This document shows, one piece after another, positions 1 to 9,671 of a DNA stretch of 64,000 nucleotides; position 1 is the first letter of the stretch, and each line of letters begins with the position of its first letter. The notes under the pieces are model-generated. The model saw nothing but the letters and a program-made list of their open reading frames with translations. It was not told where the DNA came from and made no database searches. This DNA is from an uncultured Gammaproteobacteria bacterium (lineage in GTDB: Bacteria > Pseudomonadota > Gammaproteobacteria > UBA6002): the NCBI GenBank assembly GCA_963817645.1, contig CAWFQC010000040.1, positions 4,994 through 68,993 of the forward strand, given 5' to 3'. The translations under genes and the position numbers were made by a program.

Positions 1-202
1 CTGTTCCTTCACTAATGTAATACAAAAAATTCTTTAAAGAGTAAGCATAACTATTCGTTTTAATCGCCTGTGTTAAGTTAGTTATTTCTTCTTTATCAAT
101 CTTTTCTAGATTTCTGGAAGGAAATTTATGGGTCAAATCAGAATCTAAGTCATGTAATTTATCTTCATTTTCCTGATTAAAAATAATTTTTTCTCTCATC
201 AT
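1..202 (-). CDS. hypothetical protein, N-terminal part; gene runs off the left edge
   Basis: Minus-strand ATG ATG at 202/199 with AAGAGG directly upstream. Frame stays open to position 1 (MMREKIIFNQENEDKLHDLDSD...). It starts 6 nt after the stop of 209..1093, so it is probably co-transcribed. Confidence 0.4.
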   Translation of the reverse strand, partial: MMREKIIFNQENEDKLHDLDSDLTHKFPSRNLEKIDKEEITNLTQAIKTNSYAYSLKNFLYYISEGT

Positions 203-208
203 AGCCTC

Positions 209-1093
209 TTATTTAAATAAACTACTTTCACATTTTCCTGAACTTGAATTCCGACAATTATCATTACTGCCAGAACCTTCATAACAATTACCAAAAGCAT
301 CGCAATAATCTTTTTTTCCATGATCGCTAGCTACCCCTCCTCGCGAAAAAAAAGAGGAACGATTAGCTACAACAGGTTTCTCTTTAAAATGCCTGCCGCT
401 GCCAACATAGTTACTAAAAAAAGTAGTATATCGAGCTGCTTCATTTGCTGAACTACAATAATAGTTTTCACACGATTGTAGAGTAAATTGCGAAACATTA
501 TGAGTGTGGCTTGCTGATAAGCTGTAATTAAATCGCTCTTGGCTTTCCTTTAAGTTCGATAAACTTTGTAAAAGGCTGCTGGTGGATGATGAATTAATTT
601 GCAGGTCTGAAGATAATGAATTCATTTGTCGCAACGTTTCACGATTAGCTTGCAAGCGCTCAATACTTGCGATATCTGCTGTACTACTCTTAACTACAGC
701 GCCTTGTCGAGATCCTTGCGGGGAGAGGTTAGCTTGGTTGTTATTATTTAAAGGTTGATAGGAAGTCTGAATCAGTTCATAAGCATCAGGACCATTACGC
801 ATAGTAATAACGCAATGCCCATTGTGACAGGAGGTAGCGACCACTGCAGTTGTTCCAACATAAATCTCAAGACCAAGTCCTACTTCTAAATGGTGTTGGC
901 TTCCGTTAAACTCAAAATTAACCTGATAGCGACCATTTGTAGCAACCATTCTGTTTTGGACACTATTATTTCTAGATTCTGCTTCATTCGCCTGTGATGA
1001 CTGTGGAGCTGCTAAGTTCCTGGTAGCAGTATGACGAGCAAATTCTTTGTTATTTGGGGTATTATCTGAAATTAAATTTTGCAATACATCCAT
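209..1093 (-). CDS. hypothetical N/S/Q-rich protein (294 aa)
   Basis: Long ORF from the track with no recognisable motif. Its upstream region is cut by an IS remnant at 1137. Confidence 0.55.
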   Translation of the reverse strand: MDVLQNLISDNTPNNKEFARHTATRNLAAPQSSQANEAESRNNSVQNRMVATNGRYQVNFEFNGSQHHLEVGLGLEIYVGTTAVVATSCHNGHCVITMRNGPDAYELIQTSYQPLNNNNQANLSPQGSRQGAVVKSSTADIASIERLQANRETLRQMNSLSSDLQINSSSTSSLLQSLSNLKESQERFNYSLSASHTHNVSQFTLQSCENYYCSSANEAARYTTFFSNYVGSGRHFKEKPVVANRSSFFSRGGVASDHGKKDYCDAFGNCYEGSGSNDNCRNSSSGKCESSLFK

Positions 1094-1136
1094 ATTATGA
1101 CCAGATTCACGCCCATGATTAAGCTCTGCTGTAGAA

Positions 1137-1955
1137 GTGGTTCGAATTGCTGCATCTATTGATCTTTCCTCTCAGAGAATTAGTGATATGTTGTCTTATC
1201 TTGGCGATGAATCAGTGCAACGCCCATTCTTTATTGATTATCTTAAATTGGTTGGTGTTAGTGATAAATCCGTTATTATTGACGCCACGAGCCTTCCTAA
1301 TCAAATCAATATTGATTTCAATTCATGGGGACATGCTGATGGAAAGATAGACAAACAATTCAAGTTGCTTTGTGTAATTGATCAGAACACCAAAACTCCA
1401 TTGTTTTATCGATTTTTACCCGGAAATATAACCGATGTAAGCACCTTGCAAACGACCATTATCGAACCAAGCACTGGGTGTACATAATAGCTACGTGCTT
1501 ATGGATGCAGGTTATTTTTCTGAATCAAATATTTTGGACTTATATGAGAAGAAGATAGATTTTTTAACGAGATTGCCTGGCGGTAGAAAAATATACAATG
1601 ACATTGTTTTAACTCAATCCATTGGAAGAGAAAATGTAGAAAATGCTACCACTATTGGGGATAGAAGTTATTTTGTCAAATCATTTGAGATTGATTTATA
1701 TGGGAAAAGGGCGCATGCTTTTATTATCTTGGATCGAGAAAGAAAATCAAAAGAAACAAAAAAATTTATACAAGATTATTGTAAGAATAAATCAGAAAGA
1801 GATGAAAAAAAGGATAATTTTGAATTTGCTAACCGTGGTATAATGGTACTTGTTAGTTCAAAGAAGTTCCAAAAGAAGAGGTTTTATCTGCTTACTATTT
1901 AAGATTATCTGTTGAGCAGGTATTTTGTTATTCTAAATCTGATTTAGGGCTTCCT
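1137..1955 (+). mobile_element. IS4-superfamily (IS1634-like) DDE transposase remnant, truncated and frameshifted
   Basis: The ORFs 1137..1487 and 1495..1902 plus a third frame (VPKEEVLSAYYLRLSVEQVFCYSKSDLGLP) join into one transposase-like sequence (..VLMDAGYFSESN.., Y..R...E..F...K tail). There is no N-terminus, at least 2 frame changes, and the C-terminus is cut at about 1955. Confidence 0.7.
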
Positions 1956-3773
1956 TTCAGCTGACTCACCCTGTGCATCTACAACAGATTGACGATCTTT
2001 AAACTGTTTTTCAATTTCAGTTAACTCATTTAATACAGTAGACTTGAGTTCTTCCTCTTCATTGTCTGATAACCTCATGAGATCACGAGCAACATTACTT
2101 AGCGATTGCATAAAATAGTCAAAAATTTTTCTTGCAGGAGAGGGCTGATCAGCTCGTCCATTTACAATTTGATCGAAAGTAGAATAATAATCTGTTGCAA
2201 GATGTGGAGCAAAAGCATGCAGTGTTTTCAGCCATTCTATAGTATGCGCCACGATAGGCCGAGCACCTTCTAGATAACCTTCTACCGTTCCTTGGGCAAT
2301 ATCAAGTGGTAGAGATATCGGTGCAAGCAAATGCTCAGATAAGCTCATGTCTGATCTAAAATCTTCTAGGGCAGATCTGAGAACACCTTGAACGAAACCA
2401 TCGAGGGTTTTGTCAATTAACAGGAACCAATCAGTAGCGCATTGACCTGTCAACATCAAAAGCTTCCAGGCAAGATTAGTTGGATGATTAACCGGTAAAT
2501 CGCGATCAAATAAATCATCTACGTGATCATTCAATTCATTCGCAACATTTTGTACAGCAGCATCTAAGGCCCTCGGTAAGGCCATTGCTGGTATTAGCCC
2601 CAACAATAATCCATTTCCACCAAGCACAATCATTTTTGCGGTTTTTTGCATGATTTTTTTAATCAAGGATGAATCTGGATTAGGCAATTGTGCAGGTTCA
2701 CACGAAGTGAAAGTATGTAAAGAATAACCCAGCGCATTAGCAACATCTTGCGCTGTTGTCACATTAGCTTTGCGAATATCTCCAGGTATTTTTCGCCCAA
2801 TTCTTTGCTCTATTTGCTCAATTGATTGATGGGTTAGAATATATTCTAAATTTTTCTGGAATTTTGTACTAGGACTATCCAACGTCGAGTTGAGCATCAA
2901 AGAATTCGTATTTCTTGATGTTAATGGCATGTGGCGATTAGATAATTCATTAAAAGATAAATTTAGAAAATCATCAACAGTATAACCATAAAAATCACTT
3001 ATTTTTCTCATAAATTCAAGATTTGGTGTATATTTCCCCGGATAAAAGTTAATTATCTTATTTGGCTCTATCCCTGTTGCTTGGATAAGCCTTTCTAGAT
3101 TTTCTTGTCGATTATTTAGGAGCGCAATAATGGTATTTTTAGCATTAATCAAGCGAGCATTTTCTACCACTACCCGTGCGGGTTCTGCAATTAAATGAAT
3201 AGTACGATGTCGATTGGGATGAGGTGTTAATGTTGTGGTTATCTCTGTACCCAATAACGTATCCAGATTATGGCCTGCAACATTTGCTGCATGATGCATT
3301 TTAAAGATACTAAGCGAAGATTGACTTCTAAGATAAGTATTAAATTTCTTATAAAATTCAGGTTGAGAATGGATATCAACACCCATTTGGCTACCCAAAG
3401 AGGCGAGGTGATGAAGAAAATTGGTTCGCATTTTCTCAAGAGTAATCAGCCCCGTTTTCTGCGATGTAATGATGGGCAATTCTAACTTAGATGAAACAAA
3501 GGTATTAATGTCAGTACCAGCATACTTAGCGAATGAATAAATGAGATGTGCATCGAGCAAATTAGAGGGTTTTAGTTTTATAAAATTGTGAACAACTATC
3601 ATTTCGCGTCCTATCAAGTTCGCAAAATGCCCAATGTTAAGGTTTGTTTTTGTTGAAACAAAATAAATATTATGTCCGAGGTTTGCGTAAACTTCTTCTC
3701 TGGGAATATACAATGTAGGTTCTAATGTTAGTTGTTGTCCTTGTGTCAACACTAATTCAAATCCTTCCCGCAT
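1944..3773 (-). CDS. hypothetical protein (609 aa), effector candidate; one predicted TM-like stretch (MIVLGGNGLLLGLIPAMAL)
   Basis: Long uninterrupted ORF with an acidic C-terminal region (DNEEEELK...GESAERKP). No catalytic motif recognised. Confidence 0.7.
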   Translation of the reverse strand: MREGFELVLTQGQQLTLEPTLYIPREEVYANLGHNIYFVSTKTNLNIGHFANLIGREMIVVHNFIKLKPSNLLDAHLIYSFAKYAGTDINTFVSSKLELPIITSQKTGLITLEKMRTNFLHHLASLGSQMGVDIHSQPEFYKKFNTYLRSQSSLSIFKMHHAANVAGHNLDTLLGTEITTTLTPHPNRHRTIHLIAEPARVVVENARLINAKNTIIALLNNRQENLERLIQATGIEPNKIINFYPGKYTPNLEFMRKISDFYGYTVDDFLNLSFNELSNRHMPLTSRNTNSLMLNSTLDSPSTKFQKNLEYILTHQSIEQIEQRIGRKIPGDIRKANVTTAQDVANALGYSLHTFTSCEPAQLPNPDSSLIKKIMQKTAKMIVLGGNGLLLGLIPAMALPRALDAAVQNVANELNDHVDDLFDRDLPVNHPTNLAWKLLMLTGQCATDWFLLIDKTLDGFVQGVLRSALEDFRSDMSLSEHLLAPISLPLDIAQGTVEGYLEGARPIVAHTIEWLKTLHAFAPHLATDYYSTFDQIVNGRADQPSPARKIFDYFMQSLSNVARDLMRLSDNEEEELKSTVLNELTEIEKQFKDRQSVVDAQGESAERKP

Positions 3774-4259
3774 TATAAATCTCCCATATCAATTTTATTA
3801 TTCTAAGCTAAGGCATATCTCCTCTCCTTATTGGTTGGGAAGTATAGATTTTTATGCCTCTTACAGCAACAAAAGATTATCGAACGGGAACAAATCACAC
3901 ATATCCAAAGAATTATGAGAAAGATGGATTGCATGGGAACGCGGAGATGACAATTTTAACTAAAATTATGCTGTAGAACTTCGTCCTACTTCCGGTTGTA
4001 AATCTCGTCTTTAAAGGTAACCCGAAATTGTGGAGCAAAACGATGACGAAACCCTATGAAAAAAGGTTTTAATTGCCAACACCTCTGTTACATGGCAGCG
4101 TTTGCCATGTACAAAAGATACTCTCAAAAAAGCATAGCAACCAGTTAATCATTTGATTATACTGATAGGGCAATTATTAATTATTGTTTTAAAAGCGTGA
4201 CGAACAAGGTTCGCCAACCATGCCCGTCACTAACCACAACACACTTATGGGAGAGTGCT

Positions 4260-4535
4260 ATGGCTAACGCAAGTCTAGCTGATTTAGTTTTATTTAGAAA
4301 TCAACAAATTCAAATTAACGAGCAAATGGCAACGTGTTTATGGAACATAGAAGCATTAATGTCAGTTGTATTAACCACTAATAACTTTTTTGATCTGACC
4401 AAAAGCACTATGCATCATTATTTTTCGGTTATTGCTGATTTCATTAATCAGATTCCTGAATTCGCCCCTAGTTTTATGCAGCAGGTTTCGCGTCTATCAT
4501 TTATTTTTACAAAACCACTATATTTCCCTTGTTAA
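4260..4535 (+). CDS. hypothetical small protein (91 aa)
   Basis: I chose the ATG at 4260 rather than the track start at 4197 because GGAGAG lies about 8 nt upstream. No motif recognised. Confidence 0.35.
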   Translation: MANASLADLVLFRNQQIQINEQMATCLWNIEALMSVVLTTNNFFDLTKSTMHHYFSVIADFINQIPEFAPSFMQQVSRLSFIFTKPLYFPC

Positions 4536-4562
4536 ATGCAATTTTTAATAACGACAAAACCG

Positions 4563-4591
4563 TTGACTTTTTTACATTATGCTGCATAATT
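4563..4591 (+). promoter_or_regulatory. sigma70-like promoter candidate (TTGACT-17 nt-ATAATT, TG at extended -10)
   Basis: TTGACT at 4563-4568 and ATAATT at 4586-4591, preceded by TGC, about 95 nt upstream of the ORF at 4687. Confidence 0.3.
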
Positions 4592-4686
4592 TATGCAACA
4601 GGATTGTGATTTTAATAAGGATTTTACTTGTCCTCAGGTTTCCAACTGCGAAGTCAGTAATTTAGGCTATAAGTAGGATTTAATTT

Positions 4687-5052
4687 ATGTTTGATAACCG
4701 TTTATCTGAAATTAATTCAAAAAATAATCTCGATGTAGAAGCACTTAAGAGTGAATTTTCCACTTCTAAAAAAATAGTAAAAACAATTACTCATCATCCT
4801 CATCTTTTTAAAGAATTATGTAATTCTATTTGGTTCATTAATTTGATTGATAAATTCAAAATTCATATTGATTTAGCACTCATTAATGAGGAAATTGCCT
4901 TTACGATTTTTAATAATAAAATGGATTATCGTAAACTAGATAAAAATCAGTTTACAAAAATTATAGGTGGGAAGTATGAAAACGTTGCTTTGAAAATTGC
5001 CACATGCAATTGTTCTAGTAATTTCCTAGAAGAGTCTTCTGGTTTTTCATAG
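4687..5052 (+). CDS. hypothetical protein (121 aa)
   Basis: ORF from the track with no motif. Its 3' end overlaps an antisense open frame that has RHH-like sequence. Confidence 0.35.
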   Translation: MFDNRLSEINSKNNLDVEALKSEFSTSKKIVKTITHHPHLFKELCNSIWFINLIDKFKIHIDLALINEEIAFTIFNNKMDYRKLDKNQFTKIIGGKYENVALKIATCNCSSNFLEESSGFS

Positions 5053-5055
5053 GAC

Positions 5056-5213
5056 GAACTCATATCAATCTCATTATCAATACACCATTTTATTAACTGC
5101 TTAAGAGTTCTACCTGGGGAGCTTTGTTTGCTGGCTTTACTGCTTTTTTTATTCTTAGAAATAGCCTTTAAATAGGAAATCTCATCATCAGATAAACGGA
5201 CAGATATTGTTGG
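5056..5213 (-). pseudogene. ribbon-helix-helix (CopG/MobC-like) reading frame without a canonical start codon
   Basis: The minus-strand frame reads PTISVRLSDDEISYLKAISKNKKSSKASKQSSPGRTLKQLIKWCIDNEID. It is open from about 5290 to the stop at 4947, but has no in-frame ATG/GTG/TTG upstream of the RHH-like strand. Confidence 0.3.
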
Positions 5214-5261
5214 AATTTGTTTTGTGTCCTCATGTGCATTGAATAAATATTGTAATACAAA

Positions 5262-5345
5262 GTTTACAAAATGTTTACTATTGTAAACATAATTATTTTT
5301 TATTGTTTAATATCATGAAGATATAATTTGTTTACAAGAGTTTAC
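5262..5345. promoter_or_regulatory. array of five GTTTAC/GTAAAC hexamers at 10-11 bp spacing (operator-like)
   Basis: GTTTAC at 5262, 5273, 5330 and 5340, and GTAAAC at 5283. 5273-5288 forms the palindrome GTTTACtattGTAAAC. The array sits directly upstream of the RHH-like frame. Confidence 0.35.
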
Positions 5346-5631
5346 ATTTTTGTGAGATAGATTTTTTTTGAAAAAACTGAAAATCAATTTATTTTGAGAA
5401 TTATATATTTATCATAAGGTTATTGTTTTAAAAATGCAGTATTTATACTGCGTGGTGTGTGCTGCGTTGCTTTTAGCTGCGTTGCTTTTATTAAGCATTT
5501 TCTATTTTTCATTCTCTTAATTGATTCTAACTTGGAATCCTGATTTTGATCAGGCGCATTGGCCTTTGTCGTTGCGCAGTTGAGACAGAAACCGCATGGT
5601 ATACTGGCATACAATAATTTAATCCATTGTT

Positions 5632-6597
5632 CTAAAAATTAAGTGGCTCCATACTATTATTTACCAAAGTCATTTTTTGACTAAGTTGAGAAAAATTTTC
5701 GTACCATGTTTGTGAATATACGCCCCTCATGGCTTCTATTTTTTTCCTTTGGTAATCATTACAAAATTCCAACAAGTTATTTAATACCCCGTAAGTTACT
5801 TCCTTTAAATTGGCATGGGCAGAAGGAAAATGATCCTGAATTTTTTTAAATGCTAGCAAATAATCGTTATCGTTAAGATATTCAGCAAAAGAAAATAAAT
5901 ATTTTTCCGTACTTAAACTATTAGTAAGGTTATATTTTATTACAAAATCTGATATTGAGTTTTGAAAAATAGAAAAATCGACTTTTCTATTGCGGTCAAT
6001 GTTTAAATCAATCAAAGCGATTTTTGCTTTAAAAGAATTTTCATTTCTACTAATAACCAATCCTACATTTTCTAAATGTAAATCTGTCAATCCAAGTAGA
6101 ATAGACATTAAAAAAAATCGAGCAACGCCAACCTTGTCAATTTTAAGATAACTATTAAATTTTCCATCCAATGTCCTACCCTGAAACAGGGTAAACTGTT
6201 TAAAATCTATAAAATTAGAACTATCATCATAATAATCAGATAAATCGCTATAGTGATAGGTTTTATTCTTTTCTTCTCGGTTCATGTCAAATGAGAATAA
6301 ATAATAAGTATTAGCCAAAAATTTAACCTCTACTCTAGGTGACTTAACCCCGCACTGTTTAGCAAGAGCTAATGTTGAAAAATTAAGACATTCATTTATA
6401 TCAAGCTGCTTAACAAAAATTTTTCCATCATGTTCATTATCACCGTGCAAAATGATACCCGGCGCATCACCCTTTAATTTTGGAGTCCATTTTCCTTTAC
6501 CCGTTAGCCCATTTTCAGATAACCGTGTAAAGCACCATAAAGAATTTTGGAAAGGCATAAGAAAAGAGCTCGGCGAAACCTTAGTGTTTGATTGCAA
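5632..6597 (-). CDS. atypical kinase-fold protein (PI3K/PI4K- or HipA-like catalytic loop)
   Basis: Gly-rich NGLTGKGKW, Lys in IFVKQL, GLTDLHLENVG (G-x-x-D-x-H-x-x-N) and IALIDLN (DFG-like). The 5' end abuts an IS fragment. Confidence 0.5.
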   Translation of the reverse strand: MQSNTKVSPSSFLMPFQNSLWCFTRLSENGLTGKGKWTPKLKGDAPGIILHGDNEHDGKIFVKQLDINECLNFSTLALAKQCGVKSPRVEVKFLANTYYLFSFDMNREEKNKTYHYSDLSDYYDDSSNFIDFKQFTLFQGRTLDGKFNSYLKIDKVGVARFFLMSILLGLTDLHLENVGLVISRNENSFKAKIALIDLNIDRNRKVDFSIFQNSISDFVIKYNLTNSLSTEKYLFSFAEYLNDNDYLLAFKKIQDHFPSAHANLKEVTYGVLNNLLEFCNDYQRKKIEAMRGVYSQTWYENFSQLSQKMTLVNNSMEPLNF

Positions 6598-6990
6598 GCT
6601 GACTTCATATCGTGTGTTAGATGAGTTAGCAGGGGATCATATAAAATTTGTCACTTTGCGAAAGCGAAATAAAAAATTATTATCTGAAACATCAAAGATA
6701 CCAGATGATACATGGCAAAAAATTAGCTTGGAAATCCCAAAGAGAAAACATAAGAAATGTTCCGTTCATGAATCAACTATTTTATTACCTAAATGCAAAA
6801 ATAATCTACGACAAATTATTGTTAAAGATCATGGTCGTTCAGAGCCTACATTTATCATTACAAGTAATCTTGAAATAGGCTTAGATGAGTTATTGACCGT
6901 TTATGCAAAACGATGGCATATTGAAAATAAATTTTCAGATCTCGTGTCTTTTTTTAACTTAAATTCGCTATCATCGCCATTTATGATTCG
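6590..6990 (+). mobile_element. IS4-family DDE transposase C-terminal fragment
   Basis: ..TFIITSNLEIGLDELLTVYAKRWHIENKFSDLV.. contains the Y-x2-R-x3-E signature of the IS4 family. The N-terminal two thirds are missing. Confidence 0.7.
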
Positions 6991-7382
6991 CATTCATTAT
7001 CATCTGTTTCTATGCCCCTCAATTTGCCAAATTCTTTGTTTTCTTGCCTACGTGGAAATTCTTCTGAGTGGCCAAGCTCGTTCGCAATTTCATGCCTTTC
7101 CTTACCCAGAAATTTTATAATTTCATACAAATCAGGGTTAATATTGCATTGAATATAATCAGCCAATTCATTTATTAAAACATAAGAATAAGCATTCCAT
7201 TTAATTTGATTGCTTGAGCGGTGCGGATTCAGCACTTTATTAGTAAACTCTAAGCCTGTTATAGTATCAACAAACTTTTTTAGTTGATTGTCATTAAAAG
7301 GCTCTATCTTGCCTGCTAATTTGCGGTTAAATTTTTCATCATCGATATTAAGCATTTCAATGATAGAATCATAGGATTGCAT
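6981..7382 (-). CDS. hypothetical protein (133 aa), 3' end probably replaced by the IS fragment
   Basis: ORF from the track whose C-terminal approx. 30 codons lie antisense to the IS remnant. Confidence 0.35.
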   Translation of the reverse strand: MQSYDSIIEMLNIDDEKFNRKLAGKIEPFNDNQLKKFVDTITGLEFTNKVLNPHRSSNQIKWNAYSYVLINELADYIQCNINPDLYEIIKFLGKERHEIANELGHSEEFPRRQENKEFGKLRGIETDDNECES

Positions 7383-7552
7383 ATATTAATTCTCCAACGG
7401 TTTTTATCTGCTACTGTTTAGCGGACTATTTCAACTATATATTACCTGGTTTATATAGAATTTGAGTTATGGCTTGCAGAACCTGTCTACATTGCGTCTA
7501 CATGAGTTTTTCGAATTTTCTAAAAAACTACCGTAACCACTGATTTCATTGA

Positions 7553-7595
7553 TGGGCCCACTAGGACTTGAACCTAGGACCAACGGATTATGAGT
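7553..7595 (-). other. tRNA 3' half (CAT anticodon; Ile2/Met-like) lacking a 5' half, att-site-like remnant
   Basis: The reverse complement is ACTCATAATCCGTTGGTCCTAGGTTCAAGTCCTAGTGGGCCCA. It has an anticodon loop CTCATAA, a perfect T-arm CTAGG/CCTAG with loop TTCAAGT, and an acceptor 3' strand. The sequence 5' of the anticodon stem is unrelated. Confidence 0.6.
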
Positions 7596-7701
7596 TATAA
7601 ACTTAAAAAATTATCTTCAGAATTTCACATCAAATTTCGACACATGTTCGACACATAAAATCTAACGTTTGGAGAAAACGTCATTAACATCTTCATTCTA
7701 T

Positions 7702-7750
7702 TGGCTCTCCGGGACGGGCTCGAACTGCCGACCTAATGATTAACAGTCGC
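7702..7750 (-). other. degenerate tRNA 3' fragment (GTT anticodon-loop-like, Asn-like) with encoded CCA
   Basis: The reverse complement is GCGACTGTTAATCATTAGGTCGGCAGTTCGAGCCCGTCCCGGAGAGCCA. It has a TTCGAGC T-loop, an imperfect T-stem, and no D-arm. Confidence 0.4.
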
Positions 7751-7900
7751 AGCCTTAGCCATCATCCATAGCACTCCACAACAAATAACAATAATAAAAT
7801 CAAGGGCCTACAAAAAAAACTATTGTTGCTGCTCGTTACCATTATATTGCCTTTATTTGCGGCCTAATGTCCCTGAGTGTCCCAAGAAATCAATGGCTTT

Positions 7901-8863
7901 TTATCTCATCGATTGTTGTTTACGCCAATGTAATAAAGGGTGTTGGCTGACTCTTTCACAAAAATCGAGATCATTGCTCAGCAAGTCAGCGCGTATTACA
8001 CCCTGTGTTTGCAATTGCTCCAAAAATTCCATTTCATTTTGTCGGAAAGGCAAAATCGCGCTGAGTGCAATTTTGCATTCATCGACTAATTTTGTTGCCC
8101 ATGCTTGAGTAACAGGAAACCGCATATCAGGTGCTTCGCTGGTTTTCAAAACAGGAATTAACTTATCGCGAATATCCTTTACAGAAAATTTAACGTGCTC
8201 GATATTAATTTGCTGCCAGCTCTGTTTTCTCATTCCCGCATATACTGTAAATGCCAGGCGAAGCTTTTCAATATCCAATGGCCATTTAGTTAATAGTTGG
8301 TGGCTATCAAATAAATCTCGGCTAACCTCTCGTTCGAGTAATGCGTTTAATTTTCCTGCAGCAAGCTCGTGAATATCTAATACTTTAGCTTTGGTTGCTT
8401 TTGGCCAAGAAGGGGATGAGCGCCATTCAGCACTCCACAAAGGTATTCGATACACATAATTAAGATCAATTTCTAAGCGGCCTTTTGTCCCTGTCAGACT
8501 TTTATAAACTAATACTGTTTTTCCACCAGCATGATTCCGTGGATTACGATGAAGCTCATATTGACGGCGTTTACAAATATCAAGCAAAATTGATTCAAGT
8601 TCTGGTTTTTCTTTCTGCATAATGTCTCGATTTGCAGACCCAATATAATTGAAATCCAGATCAACGGATAAACGAGGGAATTGCTCCGTACAAAATAGAT
8701 TAATTGCCGTACCACCTTTTAGCGCCAAACGGTCAGATAGGGAAGGAACTGCCATGAATTCTTCCAGCAACTCAAGAAGATGGTAAACTTTTTCAAGCAT
8801 TTCTGGACGGTAGCCGCGTAATCTTGCTTCTTGTTTTAATTCGAAATCAGATATTTTCAACAT
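7901..8863 (-). CDS. abiEii: AbiEii/AbiGii-family nucleotidyltransferase toxin (type IV TA / abortive infection)
   Basis: LALKGGTAINLF...RLSVDLDFNY motif. About 320 aa, overlapping the upstream antitoxin gene by 17 nt. Confidence 0.85.
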   Translation of the reverse strand: MLKISDFELKQEARLRGYRPEMLEKVYHLLELLEEFMAVPSLSDRLALKGGTAINLFCTEQFPRLSVDLDFNYIGSANRDIMQKEKPELESILLDICKRRQYELHRNPRNHAGGKTVLVYKSLTGTKGRLEIDLNYVYRIPLWSAEWRSSPSWPKATKAKVLDIHELAAGKLNALLEREVSRDLFDSHQLLTKWPLDIEKLRLAFTVYAGMRKQSWQQINIEHVKFSVKDIRDKLIPVLKTSEAPDMRFPVTQAWATKLVDECKIALSAILPFRQNEMEFLEQLQTQGVIRADLLSNDLDFCERVSQHPLLHWRKQQSMR

Positions 8864-9671
8864 CAGGTTCTTCCCATGTTCGATTGATAATCGTTAACGG
8901 CACAATTAATTGCCATTTTTCGATGTATTTGCCTTCACCAGACTCCCGACTCATATAGTGAGGCTGCTTAGGGATATGAGTAAGTAATTTTTTAAGGTGT
9001 ATTTTTTCTAAGGTAAAGTGTGATGGTCGTTGTTCCAGGAAGTACCCAACCTTGGCAATAGTCGTTGCATTATTCAGTAATAGCGCATATTCGATTAATT
9101 GCTCGGTATTTAATTGCGTAACATTATCAAGCGATCGCCAAATTTCTTCCCATCCTCCGCCTAAATTTGATCGATCCAGCACATCAACTATCGTACGTTC
9201 AAGACTGCTCAATTTTATGGATAAACCACTACGTTGGATTACATCTACACCATAATCTATATGATTACTTTGCATAAGCGCTTTTGGCTGCATAACAGCT
9301 CGAAAATGCTGACTTTCATAGTCAAAAGAGGAAATCTGACGATTTACCAGAAAGGTAAATTCGTTAAATGTTGTATAAGCAATACCGTGCAATTCAAGAG
9401 CAGTATGATAAGCAATAATTGCATCGGCCGTTGCCTTACTGGCAATTAGAAAAGGATCTATCCATTGTTCTTGTCTGAGCATTGGCTTTACAGCATACAA
9501 AAATTTGCGAATATGAATTAAATGTCCTGCTTTTTGGTGATAGCTTAATTGCTGCCGCCAACTTGCAGGACGAGTTATTCCTGCAGATGCCATAAATGCT
9601 GAAAACTCTTCATAGCGAAATACAGGATGTGTTTCAAAGAACATTTTTATTTTCATTATTTGATGATGCAC
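8847..9671 (-). CDS. abiEi: AbiEi-family antitoxin / transcriptional regulator
   Basis: 274-aa ORF directly upstream of the AbiEii-like gene and overlapping it. Size and position are typical of AbiEi. Confidence 0.75.
   Translation of the reverse strand: MHHQIMKIKMFFETHPVFRYEEFSAFMASAGITRPASWRQQLSYHQKAGHLIHIRKFLYAVKPMLRQEQWIDPFLIASKATADAIIAYHTALELHGIAYTTFNEFTFLVNRQISSFDYESQHFRAVMQPKALMQSNHIDYGVDVIQRSGLSIKLSSLERTIVDVLDRSNLGGGWEEIWRSLDNVTQLNTEQLIEYALLLNNATTIAKVGYFLEQRPSHFTLEKIHLKKLLTHIPKQPHYMSRESGEGKYIEKWQLIVPLTIINRTWEEPDVENI

Noticed and set aside
5420-5614. ORF 5420..5614 and the direct repeat GCTGCGTTGCTTTTA x2 at about 5461-5490.
   Set aside because: The ORF has no SD and low-complexity content. 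The 15-bp duplication is real but too short to interpret.
7068-7094. HEIANELGH in ORF 6981..7382 as a zinc-metalloprotease HExxH motif.
   Set aside because: The spacing is H-E-x6-H, not HExxH, and this part of the ORF is antisense to an IS fragment.
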